Shown here: positions 1 through 9,773 of the stretch, piece after piece | How the letters are laid out: each line of letters begins with the position of its first letter | Numbering within the stretch: the first letter of the stretch is position 1 | Source: an uncultured Planctomycetia bacterium | Lineage (GTDB): Bacteria; Omnitrophota; Gorgyraeia; Duberdicusellales; 4484-171 | Reading direction: 5' to 3' | DNA: 64,000 nucleotides | NCBI GenBank assembly: GCA_964629655.1 | Contig: CAZVQU010000001.1 | Span: 356,056-420,055 of the forward strand | Made by a program: the position numbers and the translations under genes | The notes under the pieces: generated by a model | What the model was told of the DNA's origin: nothing | Database searches by the model: none | Seen by the model: only the letters and a program-made list of their open reading frames with translations

Positions 1-413
1 TTTGCAAGATGAATCGTTCTTAATAACGCGAAGATTTGTTCGGAAATCCTTTTCTTTAAAAACGCTTCAAATTTATCAGTTGAAAGTTTTTTATTCAGAT
101 AATTTAAGGCTGTCGCGAAACGGTTTACGTTTTTGTCATAAAACTCTTTAGTAAGCCTTATGGTAGACTCATGTATTTGGTACCATAGTCCTTCAAAGCC
201 ACTTATATTTTTATCATATTCTACAAATTTATTTTTAATAATATTTCCCACTAAAGGAAGCTTTTGAAGAAATGAGAGATAAGGCCTGGGTAAACGGTTA
301 TAAAAGAATTTTCCTTTTTTCAGCAAAAATCTAAATATAACAAAACTGCCTTCTATAGGATCTTGAGGCAGTAAAATAAACCAATATTTGTCTTGATTAT
401 TTTTTGACATCAT
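1..413 (-). CDS. Hypothetical protein of the glycan locus, N-terminal part only (truncated by window edge)
   Basis: Read manually: open frame from ATG at 413 (MMSKNNQDKYWFILLPQDPIEG...) to the window start with no stop. Not in the ORF track. Confidence 0.7.
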   Translation of the reverse strand, partial: MMSKNNQDKYWFILLPQDPIEGSFVIFRFLLKKGKFFYNRLPRPYLSFLQKLPLVGNIIKNKFVEYDKNISGFEGLWYQIHESTIRLTKEFYDKNVNRFATALNYLNKKLSTDKFEAFLKKRISEQIFALLRTIHLA

Positions 414-426
414 TTTTGATTCGTTT

Positions 427-2325
427 TTAAACATTAATCTTTAAATTTTCTATAATCTCAAGAAGATCGGGAGTTAAAAAATTATGTTCTACGGGAATAA
501 TGTATTCCTCAGGCTTAGAAGATAAGAATTTATCTATATGCCCTAAAGCCTCCTGGGTAGCCCTAAAAGGAACTAACGTCTTTCCGTAAGCTTCACGCGC
601 GCCGTCCCAAACGTCGATTGAATCATGATAAAGAGAAAGCAACGGTAATCCCATAAGCCTTGCTTCATAGGTAGGAGTTGAGGGAAAATCCGTAATAACT
701 CTATCGGCCTGCCTTAAATACGTCATGAGATTACCATCCTTATAGAAAATATTCGGCGCTTTTAAATCCTTTAAAAAATTTAAAAGGGATTTAGCAATCC
801 ACCTTTCCGTTGGCAGAACTTTAATAATAAAATCATACTGGGGTAATTCGGCAAAATACCTGCATAAATTACACTGAAGATGAAAATACCAGCTCAAAGG
901 ATAGGTGCATCGGAGCCTTTGAACACCTTGCGCGACAGGAAGGTAACACACCTTCTCTCTATGTTTGTTTAAACTCCTGCTAGCGGCGGATTTTAAAAAC
1001 CTACGTGCTGTCTTTTTTGCTTCACCGCTATATTTGCCTATCCAAACTCTCGAGGCGATTACTTCGATCTTGCCCTGGTTATTCTCATTAAAACACTTAT
1101 CATAAAAGACAGCCTCCTCGATTGAGGGAGTAGCATAGACATCGGTCGGCTGTTCGGAGAAATACTGCATGTGGTATTCAGCTTCACCGCCACCATGCTC
1201 AACATGTATAGAAAATACTTGAGGTAACAATTTGGCTATAGTCATAACTCCATATTCAGAAAGAAATATCTTATACGCAGTGGCAACATAGTTTATCTTC
1301 TCTTTCTGAAGAATCTTCTCATACTTTTTCGCGGTTATACTTATAATCGGACATATTTTCTGTAAGAAATACAAAAAACGAGGGTTTAATATCCGGCTCA
1401 GATCAATACCGGATTCACGGCTTATCCATTCGCAAGGATGAAATTCCCGAATACAACTTTCTCCTATTTCCTCCCATAAGGCCGATGTTTTTATATCAAC
1501 ACAAAAATCTTCTACTTTCTCTTCTTTTCTCTTGCGAAAAAAAAGATTTTTTTTAGGACCATGTATTGTATGATATAAAATTTGATGGCCTGCTTTTGTG
1601 GCGTTTTTATACAGATTGCCCAGCCAATCTTCTCTTAAAATAAGGATTTTTTTAAGTTTGCCTTCCTTCGCGAGCTGTTTTCTTTTGAGATAAAATAATA
1701 GATATATTATTTGAATATGTGCTCTTTTTATAACTCTGCCTATAGCTTTAAAGGCTCTGCTGGGGAAACGTCTTAATTTAAGATGAATAAAATTAACTTT
1801 AGAATTTTCTGGATTAACCATAATAACAGAATACGGTATACCCTTCTCCTCGCAAATAATGGGCAATAAATAAGAAGTTAAGTCGCTTTTGTCCGTAAAA
1901 AGCGTTGAATCAAATCCAACTCGTGGATGAGATGCTGTCACTAAACATACCTTTGAGGGTTTTTCTTTATCTAATACTGACAAAATATTTCTGCTGAATA
2001 TTATAAATGAATCAATCATGGTTATGATAGAATAGCCGTATAATTTTACGAAATTAATTTTTTTATCAAGAGGGTCTGTTAATTTAGTTCTTAAATAATT
2101 ATCAAAAGCATTAAACCAAGGGAGCTTTCGTTGATCACATTCTCTAGCATACTTTTCTCTTTCAAACATATCATAGAAATCTTCGTAAATTTGGTAATCT
2201 ATCACTTCTTTATCCAGCTTGCGGCAGACAGCGGGATTCAAAGCGATAATCTTACCCTTTAAACTATGTACTAAAGAATTAAACTCCTCTACAAAATATA
2301 TGCTTTCGGCATTACTATTTATCAT
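427..2325 (-). CDS. Putative polysaccharide-biosynthesis transferase (GT-B-like C-terminus, LIC12162/capsule-type)
   Basis: 632 aa. EHGGG and DFPST motifs resemble surface-glycan transferases found in nonulosonate loci. Family assignment is tentative. Confidence 0.45.
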   Translation of the reverse strand: MINSNAESIYFVEEFNSLVHSLKGKIIALNPAVCRKLDKEVIDYQIYEDFYDMFEREKYARECDQRKLPWFNAFDNYLRTKLTDPLDKKINFVKLYGYSIITMIDSFIIFSRNILSVLDKEKPSKVCLVTASHPRVGFDSTLFTDKSDLTSYLLPIICEEKGIPYSVIMVNPENSKVNFIHLKLRRFPSRAFKAIGRVIKRAHIQIIYLLFYLKRKQLAKEGKLKKILILREDWLGNLYKNATKAGHQILYHTIHGPKKNLFFRKRKEEKVEDFCVDIKTSALWEEIGESCIREFHPCEWISRESGIDLSRILNPRFLYFLQKICPIISITAKKYEKILQKEKINYVATAYKIFLSEYGVMTIAKLLPQVFSIHVEHGGGEAEYHMQYFSEQPTDVYATPSIEEAVFYDKCFNENNQGKIEVIASRVWIGKYSGEAKKTARRFLKSAASRSLNKHREKVCYLPVAQGVQRLRCTYPLSWYFHLQCNLCRYFAELPQYDFIIKVLPTERWIAKSLLNFLKDLKAPNIFYKDGNLMTYLRQADRVITDFPSTPTYEARLMGLPLLSLYHDSIDVWDGAREAYGKTLVPFRATQEALGHIDKFLSSKPEEYIIPVEHNFLTPDLLEIIENLKINV

Positions 2326-2337
2326 ATCTTCTCCTAA

Positions 2338-3534
2338 TTAGACTCTTACTTGCTCTTTTTGAAAATTTGTCCTAGAAATAACTTCCTCTAGATTAATATT
2401 ACCGGCTGGCTTCTCCTGTTCCCAAATAGGATTTTTTAGTTTCCATTGATTGTTTGCGTCTTTCTTCCACATATCTCCGCGAAAAGAATTAGCAACTTTC
2501 CAAAATTCATCTAGGCTAATACCGATATAATCACAAAAAGCTTTAATGTATCTATCGGCGCATTTGCCATCATACTCTTTTACCAAGGCCATAGCTTCCG
2601 GACGAGTAATCAGCCCAGCATGGATATCATAACAGGCATGGTCAGTGCATTGGCCAAAACCAAATTTTACGTATTTAAGCATCTGGTTTATCTGGACCAG
2701 TTCAGAATCCATCTGAGCATAGCGCACGTAGGTGCCGATATCATGCAGATCTAAATCCTCAGGTTTCATCTTTAATCCGCGCGCGATAGAAAACTTAGCA
2801 TTATTAGAATATAGCCACTCCTTAACATAATATTGAAGCCAGACTCCTCTTGTCCCTTTGGCTCTCAAACTATTATCATTGTAACCAAACAAATAAAGAT
2901 CTCTATGGTCAAACCCGTCTTCTATATACTCGGCAATTCCGCTGGCCAACGTGTTGAGTTTATTAGCTTTTAACGCATCATCATCAGTTCCTACTCCGGT
3001 ATTACTGGCACCCATAGTAAGGCCTGGATTCTCACCCTGAATAATTAAAGGAATATCAAATTTATCAGCTATGATATAGGTCGAAGACCATAAAGAATAT
3101 TCAGTAATCTTAACCGGGTTAAGATTACTGTAAAAATCACGTTTTATAAGCCTGTGCATCACTTTAGGGTTAGGCCGGATAGCAATTACATCAAACCCTA
3201 GCTGTTTTAAATTCTCTATGTTGTGCCGGCCGACTTCGGTAAGTCCTTCCGGCTCGCTGTTTACCAAAACAGGGCGCAAACCTAATTCGTCCCGGGCATA
3301 AAGCGCCTGGAACGTTGAGTCTTTTCCTCCGCTAACACCAATGGCGCAATTATAATTGCCCTTTGCTTTTGCCTTTGCCTTATCAGCTATATCTTGCAAT
3401 TGCCTTCTGCGACCGGACCAATCAATTTCATTCTTCAGCCGGTCTTGATATAAACAAGCTCCGCAGACGCCCTGATTATTAAAATACACTCCCGGCCTTG
3501 TGTCCGGCTGAACACATCGCTTACAATATCGCAT
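2338..3534 (-). CDS. N-acetyl sugar amidotransferase (WbuX/PseA/WbpG-like)
   Basis: N-terminal CKRC...CGAC, PP-loop SGGKDS, QGEN and KFGFG motifs. Confidence 0.88.
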   Translation of the reverse strand: MRYCKRCVQPDTRPGVYFNNQGVCGACLYQDRLKNEIDWSGRRRQLQDIADKAKAKAKGNYNCAIGVSGGKDSTFQALYARDELGLRPVLVNSEPEGLTEVGRHNIENLKQLGFDVIAIRPNPKVMHRLIKRDFYSNLNPVKITEYSLWSSTYIIADKFDIPLIIQGENPGLTMGASNTGVGTDDDALKANKLNTLASGIAEYIEDGFDHRDLYLFGYNDNSLRAKGTRGVWLQYYVKEWLYSNNAKFSIARGLKMKPEDLDLHDIGTYVRYAQMDSELVQINQMLKYVKFGFGQCTDHACYDIHAGLITRPEAMALVKEYDGKCADRYIKAFCDYIGISLDEFWKVANSFRGDMWKKDANNQWKLKNPIWEQEKPAGNINLEEVISRTNFQKEQVRV

Positions 3535-3552
3535 AATTAACCCTATAATCTA

Positions 3553-4935
3553 TTATGAAATTACTAATTTTTTTTCACCTAAATTGCGATTAACAATTCG
3601 CGGAGTTAAAGTTAAATATTCTTTTTCAATTAAATATTTAACAATCCCTAAAATCCGATAATCGCTGTATTTAACCCCTGTTACTTGTAAACCAAACGGC
3701 ATACTGTCCGGCCCTCTAAATACTGGCACATTCAGTGCGGGAGCTCCTAACAATGACCAGATTAAACCAGTATCGTCTACTTCTTTGTAGTTATTTCTCA
3801 AGGGAGCGATATTCGCCGTCGCCGGCGTAAGGATTAAATCATAGCTATCATAGTTATAATCAAACTCTTTTTGCATCCTTTCCTGCTCCTTAAGGGAATT
3901 ATGAAACTCTTGCACTGTAATTTTTCTACCATGCTCAACCATGCTATAGAGAGTTGAGCTAATTACATTTTTATCCGCACTTTCTCGTTTAAAATAATAA
4001 GCTAAACTCTTATCGTATAAAGTCGAATGTATTCTATGGCTGCCATCAAAGAAACCATCATCTTTTATATCTAGCACCTTGATCTCTTCTTTAGTCCTTA
4101 AAAAATCAACTAAACCTTCAAATTGATTTTTGACATAATCCTGATATCCCTGCCAAAGATATTCAGGTCTTAAAATCCCAATTTTTATGCTATTGTAGCC
4201 TACAATGGAACGTTTCTTTAGCATCGTATTGCTTATAGGGTAATTTTCACCGCGTACTCTTAAGATATCAAAAAGTAAAATTATATCGTCAATATTATTG
4301 GCAAAAAACCCAACATGATCTAACGTATTGGTAGTTTTTAAAACTCCCGTTCGGGGCATAGTTCCGTAAGAAGGTTTGCATCCAAAAATACCGGTATAAC
4401 TAGCCGGCCTTACGATGGAAGATCCTGTCTGTGTACCTAACGAGGCTATGGACAACCCCGCCGCGACCGCAACTGCTGAACCCATTGAGGATGTTCCCGG
4501 AGAGTAATCGTTATTGTGCGGGTTTAGGGTTATGCCCGGATGATGTACGGCTAACTCTGCGGTAACTGTCTTACCCGTAACTACTCCATCCTCCCAAATG
4601 GCTTTCTCCACAACTCTTGCATTATTCCCTGCTACATATCCTTTCCAGTAAGGACTTCCTTTCTCAGTCGTAAGTTCAACAGTATTAAAAACATCTTTAA
4701 CGCCAATGGGGACGCCATACAACTCTCCATGCGTTTTCCCTTCTTTAATTCTCTTAATAATCTGCTGCACCCTGTCAAAAACAACACTCTCATCAAACAC
4801 CTGAAAAGCCATTAACTCACTATCCATGGCTTTAATAAAAGATGTTAACTTTTTATAAAACTCCTCAAGATCAATCTCTCTTGTTTTAATTAGTTTTATA
4901 AACTGTTTAATGTTAATTTGGGTTAAATTAATCAC
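3553..4935 (-). CDS. Amidase signature family protein (GatA-like)
   Basis: GVPIGVKD (Lys), PGTSSMGS and GTQTGSSIVRPAS give the Ser-cisSer-Lys triad; C-terminal MPFGLQ. Confidence 0.88.
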   Translation of the reverse strand: MINLTQINIKQFIKLIKTREIDLEEFYKKLTSFIKAMDSELMAFQVFDESVVFDRVQQIIKRIKEGKTHGELYGVPIGVKDVFNTVELTTEKGSPYWKGYVAGNNARVVEKAIWEDGVVTGKTVTAELAVHHPGITLNPHNNDYSPGTSSMGSAVAVAAGLSIASLGTQTGSSIVRPASYTGIFGCKPSYGTMPRTGVLKTTNTLDHVGFFANNIDDIILLFDILRVRGENYPISNTMLKKRSIVGYNSIKIGILRPEYLWQGYQDYVKNQFEGLVDFLRTKEEIKVLDIKDDGFFDGSHRIHSTLYDKSLAYYFKRESADKNVISSTLYSMVEHGRKITVQEFHNSLKEQERMQKEFDYNYDSYDLILTPATANIAPLRNNYKEVDDTGLIWSLLGAPALNVPVFRGPDSMPFGLQVTGVKYSDYRILGIVKYLIEKEYLTLTPRIVNRNLGEKKLVIS

Positions 4936-6103
4936 TCTTTCTCCCTTTTAAGCAATCCTTGTACTTAGGTAATTTTTTGGCGTTCCCTTCCCGATGAGCC
5001 TCAAGAATTTCGTGGAATTCTTCTTCGCTAAATCCGGTCATCTTAAGATATTTATCTAATTGGTCAGGCCTTTCTCCATCAAGTTTATATATTAGCTCCA
5101 TCGCTTCTTTTCTTGTTAATAACCCTTGCCGGATATCTTCGCTAGCATGGTCAGTGGTTCTACCATACCCTCTTTTAATAAACTTAGCATAATCATGAAC
5201 TCCTACCATTTTACATTCAACGCTTTTATATCTTTTGTATGTACCTTCCATATAATTCTGCCGCCAGTTATATTCTTTTATGAGAAACTCTACCTGCCTC
5301 ATCTCATCCCAATAATAATAATCACCAAGATGTATACCCTTCACGCCAACCTCCTCTATCTCTTTATCAGAAGGCAATTCATAAGCTGCCATATCTTTCT
5401 TAGTCAACCGGCTTCTTTCATTTATCATCTCGCCAGGATACTTCTTCGCGGAAATTTTTGTATAATAATGCTTATCATACGGAATAATATCATCATAAGT
5501 GGCTCGGCCATCCATTTCTGCAACCGACTCACCATAAATCATTAAGGGTATCTTTAGCTTAACCGCGAGCTGCAAGGGAAAAGCTCCGACACCAGCATGG
5601 CAATGCCAACACGCGTCACCTATTTGATATAGTGATTCTTTTGCAATTTTGTTTATTGCTTCTCTATTGGGAGTAAACATCATATGGTCTATGTTCAATC
5701 GCTCCAAAATATTCCAAAGATTGTATTTGCCCGTCTCACTATACCAATTATGGTTAAACGTTACAGCCAGAATATGCATGTTATATATTTTTTTTAACAT
5801 ATGAAGCTGAAAGCAGCTGTCTTTCCCCCCGCTGATAGGCACCATTATGTCGTAGGTTCCTCTTTTCCTTCCTTCCTCCTTCGCTTCTTCCAATATCTGC
5901 CGCAATTGCTCTTCTCTTTGGGCCCAATTAATATGCATTTTAGTCTCTGACGAACGGCACGCTGTACACATTCCCATTTCATCAAAGCCTACACCTTCTT
6001 GCGTATCAGGTAAACAACAACGCACGCAATACCTTATTCCTTTAAATGGCCCTCCACCATAATATTTTGTTTTTTCTTTACCGGTTTCTTTAGAAACTGT
6101 CAT
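4928..6103 (-). CDS. N-acetyl sugar amidotransferase (WbuX-like), second copy
   Basis: CVRC...CTAC, SGGKDS, CWHCH, YGES, KRGYG. Start moved to ATG 6103, which follows GAGGAGG. Confidence 0.88.
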   Translation of the reverse strand: MTVSKETGKEKTKYYGGGPFKGIRYCVRCCLPDTQEGVGFDEMGMCTACRSSETKMHINWAQREEQLRQILEEAKEEGRKRGTYDIMVPISGGKDSCFQLHMLKKIYNMHILAVTFNHNWYSETGKYNLWNILERLNIDHMMFTPNREAINKIAKESLYQIGDACWHCHAGVGAFPLQLAVKLKIPLMIYGESVAEMDGRATYDDIIPYDKHYYTKISAKKYPGEMINERSRLTKKDMAAYELPSDKEIEEVGVKGIHLGDYYYWDEMRQVEFLIKEYNWRQNYMEGTYKRYKSVECKMVGVHDYAKFIKRGYGRTTDHASEDIRQGLLTRKEAMELIYKLDGERPDQLDKYLKMTGFSEEEFHEILEAHREGNAKKLPKYKDCLKGRKSD

Positions 6104-6128
6104 CTTTTGCCTCCTCAAACATTTATCC

Positions 6129-6671
6129 TTAACTCTTAAATTCCTTTGAAAGAAGCCCCATCATAATGATATTTTTCCATTTGCCGTCTCTTAATAGGCC
6201 TTCCCGCGCTATACCTTCTTGTTTAAATCCTAATTTTTTATAAAGGAAGCGCGCTTTAGCATTACTTTCATTTACGCTAAGATAAACTCGGTGTAAATTT
6301 AGCGTTTTAAAAGTATGCCGCAGGATCAGCTTTGTTGCTTCTGTTCCGTAACCTTTACCGTGGTGCAGGCGATCAATAATTATTTTGAATCCAGCTCTTC
6401 TATGCGTGTAATCAATGCGGGCGATTTCTAAATTGCCGATATGCCTATTGCTCTTTTTTTCGATTATCGCAAGCCAGATACAAGAAGAATCTCTCCACTT
6501 ACTCTGAGCAAATCGCTCCAGTTCATCTAAACTGTGAGGAAATTGGGCATGCTCAGTAAATTCATCATTTGCCACGTCATTAATCCATCTGAAATAATCT
6601 CCCCCTAAATCTTGTCTTTCAACGGGACGCAGGTAAATCTTTTTGCCTTCCAAAAATTTAACTTTTCGCAT
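6129..6671 (-). CDS. GNAT N-acetyltransferase (RimJ/PseH-like)
   Basis: HGKGYGTEA acetyl-CoA loop and N-x-x-A-x-x-LY-x-KLGF-x-x-EG motif. Confidence 0.85.
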   Translation of the reverse strand: MRKVKFLEGKKIYLRPVERQDLGGDYFRWINDVANDEFTEHAQFPHSLDELERFAQSKWRDSSCIWLAIIEKKSNRHIGNLEIARIDYTHRRAGFKIIIDRLHHGKGYGTEATKLILRHTFKTLNLHRVYLSVNESNAKARFLYKKLGFKQEGIAREGLLRDGKWKNIIMMGLLSKEFKS

Positions 6672-6704
6672 TCTTTTCCTCCTTAAAAATACTTTATTTA
6701 AACT

Positions 6705-7916
6705 TTAAACATACCTCTGTCCTCTATCTCCGGGAAAAAAATAGATTTTTATACGTACAAGCATAGAATGTATAATTATACTTACAAATTTTATCGGCGC
6801 CGGTAAATATTTCCAGATAGTTTTTGCTATTTTACCATTTAAATTGCGGGAAACTTTTTTGAATTCCTCTAAGTTAGGGTAAGCTTTGAGCCATCTTTTA
6901 AATAATCCCCGATGCGGCAAGATAAATATAAAAAAGCCGCAGATTCGGTAAAAAAGATTATCGCCTGTCAGCCGGACATATCCGAATTCCTTCATTGATT
7001 TTCTAGTAATAAACTCGATCATGACAATTTCTTTAAAAGCTAATTCTTTCATCCAGCGTTTACGTACATTTTCTATTTGAAAAAATACTTCCTCAGGCTG
7101 AGGATATTTATTCTCAGCAGTCACATAAGCACTTTCGCCTTCCCAGTGCCTACCGGAAAAGGTGCATTTAAGAAGCGTCGGAGAAAAATCAATGCCTAAC
7201 CAGTCCGATAGGTTCCGCATTTGGTCCTCTAAGGATTCGTGCAGATCTTCGTTTCGGACTACCTTACATTTAGAATCCGGTTTGGAACTATATTTCTTCC
7301 AATTTTCAAATCCCTGCATCCAGTCTTCAATGTCAAAATTAAAATAATAGTCAGAAAGATAACCAAAGATCTTAGTCATCTGCCGCCAAGAGCCAGCCAT
7401 GCTTGCTCGAGGATCTCTTATTATCTGAAGAACGCCCGCCTTGGGAAAATCGGCTAAAGCTTCTGAAAGCTGGTAAGGCAGGTGTTCATGTACTACTAAA
7501 GCTCGGATATGAGAAATATCAATATTCATCGCAACAGAATATGCTTGGTGCAAAGCATAAAACACATTTATCCGGTTAATTCCCGAAAATTCTAAAGTCT
7601 TCTTAAAGCTAGAGTAAAATCTTTCCATTTCTTCTCGGCTATAAAACAATTTCTTTCTCGGTATCAGCAGTTTAAAGCGTTCCTCTATATAAATCCGCCA
7701 TATTGACAACATCTCTTGCGTATTCTTAACTTTATTGCAACCAGACATATTCCAATACCTATAAAAACTGAGCGTAGGCATAATCAATATCTGCTTATGA
7801 GAATCAAGCAAACTATGTAAATAATCTATCCCGCAATGACCAAAATTAGAAAGAAAATATATCGGTAAATTTCTTAGTTTTGACTCCATTGTCATATTAC
7901 TAGTTTTTAACTGCAT
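6705..7916 (-). CDS. Sulfotransferase family protein
   Basis: GHCGIDYLHSLLDSH resembles the 5'-PSB region and IIRDPRAS the 3'-PB motif; adjacent to an APS kinase. True start may be ATG 7895. Confidence 0.72.
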   Translation of the reverse strand: MQLKTSNMTMESKLRNLPIYFLSNFGHCGIDYLHSLLDSHKQILIMPTLSFYRYWNMSGCNKVKNTQEMLSIWRIYIEERFKLLIPRKKLFYSREEMERFYSSFKKTLEFSGINRINVFYALHQAYSVAMNIDISHIRALVVHEHLPYQLSEALADFPKAGVLQIIRDPRASMAGSWRQMTKIFGYLSDYYFNFDIEDWMQGFENWKKYSSKPDSKCKVVRNEDLHESLEDQMRNLSDWLGIDFSPTLLKCTFSGRHWEGESAYVTAENKYPQPEEVFFQIENVRKRWMKELAFKEIVMIEFITRKSMKEFGYVRLTGDNLFYRICGFFIFILPHRGLFKRWLKAYPNLEEFKKVSRNLNGKIAKTIWKYLPAPIKFVSIIIHSMLVRIKIYFFPGDRGQRYV

Positions 7917-8490
7917 CTATCTCCTTCTCTCTGTCAAATACTGCATCTTTGGTCTTCTTGTGGATAAAGTTTAAAGAGGTTTCCAGCAAAGTCTGAAAAC
8001 ACTCATCAACGGTAATAGCGGAAGTATCTAATGCTAGCTCAACATGCTCAGATTCTTCATAAGCCTCAGTTACGCCAACAAAATTATCAAGCTCACCTGT
8101 AAATGCTCTCTTATACTGCCCCTTATAATCCCTTTTAGCGCAAATATCAACAGGGCATTTTAGATAAACCTCCATAAAGTTGCCAATATAATTACGAATT
8201 TTCTGACGAATATCTTTTTTGTGCGAAATGCTGGTGACAATAGCTATGTTTCCCGCTTTATTACTCTTTAAAGCCAATTTAGCCTTATAAAGATTCAAAG
8301 CGTCTCTATCCCTATTAATGTATCCGTAAACTTCTTTTAGCTTATGACGCACGTCTTCTCCGTCAAGAAACTCTACATTCTTAACACCTTCATTTATAAG
8401 GCCATTATAAAGGCTCTGGCCTAAAGTTGTTTTACCGGAAGCTGATAAACCGGTAATCCAAATAGTTACCGGTTTAAAAATAAAATTCAT
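7900..8490 (-). CDS. cysC: Adenylyl-sulfate (APS) kinase
   Basis: WITGLSASGKTT P-loop, LDGE, RDYKGQY, FVGV..YEE. Confidence 0.85.
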   Translation of the reverse strand: MNFIFKPVTIWITGLSASGKTTLGQSLYNGLINEGVKNVEFLDGEDVRHKLKEVYGYINRDRDALNLYKAKLALKSNKAGNIAIVTSISHKKDIRQKIRNYIGNFMEVYLKCPVDICAKRDYKGQYKRAFTGELDNFVGVTEAYEESEHVELALDTSAITVDECFQTLLETSLNFIHKKTKDAVFDREKEIDAVKN

Positions 8491-9773
8491 TGGTCTAACT
8501 CCTTTAATTCTTTTAAATTGATAAATATTTTTTCAAACGCCATTACAACATCATCGATATCCTCCTTAGTGTGAGGATGTCTGCAAACCGGTATTAATAA
8601 TAGTTCTTTTTCGTACATTCTTTCAGCAACGGGACAAATACCTTTAGAATAGTTAACCTTTCCCTGATAGAAACTGCAGTTAAACGGACATCCTTGAACG
8701 CCATAGGCTATATTCTTCTGATAAAGAGGCTCAAGATATATAGGCCTCACGTAACCTAATCCGCAAGAAATTCCTTCCGCTTGTAATGCTTTCACAAAGC
8801 TGTTGCGCGATACACCAATTATTTCATCTTTAAACTTTATAGGATAGACAAAATATACATGAGTAAACTCTGCATCTTGTTTGGGTAAAATTAGCCCTTC
8901 AAAAATTGATAATTCCTTAGTCAAATATTCAGCTAATTCAATCCGATGGTTGTTTAAAGCATCGAGTCGCTTAAATTGTTCGATACTTACCGCGGCTTCC
9001 AGTTCAGTCATGCGATAATTGAACCCAACCATATTGCTAATATCATCCACCTTCATATCTTCAGTTATAACTTCTCCATGATTTCTTATAAGCTGCATTC
9101 TTAATGCTAACTCTTGACTATTAGTTATTGCTACGCCACCTTCGCCGGAAGTAATAGTTTTATGTTGATTAAAGCTAAATATACCTATATCCCCTAAGGT
9201 TCCTACAGGCTTACCTTTATATATTGCTCCCGGGGCTTGAGCGCAATCCTCAATTACTTTAAGCTTGTGTTTACGGGCAATTGCTATTATCTCATCCATC
9301 TTGGCTGGACAGCCGAATAAATGCACTATTATTATGGCCTTGGTTTGCGCTGTTATGCGTTCCTCAATTTTCTTAGGATCAATACAAAGCGAACCTTCTT
9401 CAATATCAACAAAAACAGGAATCGCGTTATTCATAATAATTGCTGTGGCCGAAGAACACATAGTATACGGGGTCACAATTACTTCATCGCCAGGGCCAAT
9501 TCCACATGCCCCAACCGCAACATGAAGCGCGGCAGTCGCGGAATTTAAAGCAACTGCGCATTTTACATCAAAATACTCTTTAATCATCGACTCAAGTTCT
9601 CTCAGCTGTTTTCCTCCCAGAAAATATTCTCCTGCCCTAGCAATAAAACCTGAAAGCATTCCCCCATCTAAAACCTCATTGACTCTTTTTTTCTCCTCTT
9701 GGCCAATTATAGCGTAATTGACAAAAGGCTTATTCCTTACCTTCTCTCCTCCTAAGATAGCAAGCTTACTCAT
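8487..9773 (-). CDS. DegT/DnrJ/EryC1/StrS sugar aminotransferase
   Basis: NSATAALH, EDCAQA, FSFNQHKTITSGEGG (PLP Lys), GFNYRM. Start ATG 9773 gives an ATGA overlap. Confidence 0.92.
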   Translation of the reverse strand: MSKLAILGGEKVRNKPFVNYAIIGQEEKKRVNEVLDGGMLSGFIARAGEYFLGGKQLRELESMIKEYFDVKCAVALNSATAALHVAVGACGIGPGDEVIVTPYTMCSSATAIIMNNAIPVFVDIEEGSLCIDPKKIEERITAQTKAIIIVHLFGCPAKMDEIIAIARKHKLKVIEDCAQAPGAIYKGKPVGTLGDIGIFSFNQHKTITSGEGGVAITNSQELALRMQLIRNHGEVITEDMKVDDISNMVGFNYRMTELEAAVSIEQFKRLDALNNHRIELAEYLTKELSIFEGLILPKQDAEFTHVYFVYPIKFKDEIIGVSRNSFVKALQAEGISCGLGYVRPIYLEPLYQKNIAYGVQGCPFNCSFYQGKVNYSKGICPVAERMYEKELLLIPVCRHPHTKEDIDDVVMAFEKIFINLKELKELDQ

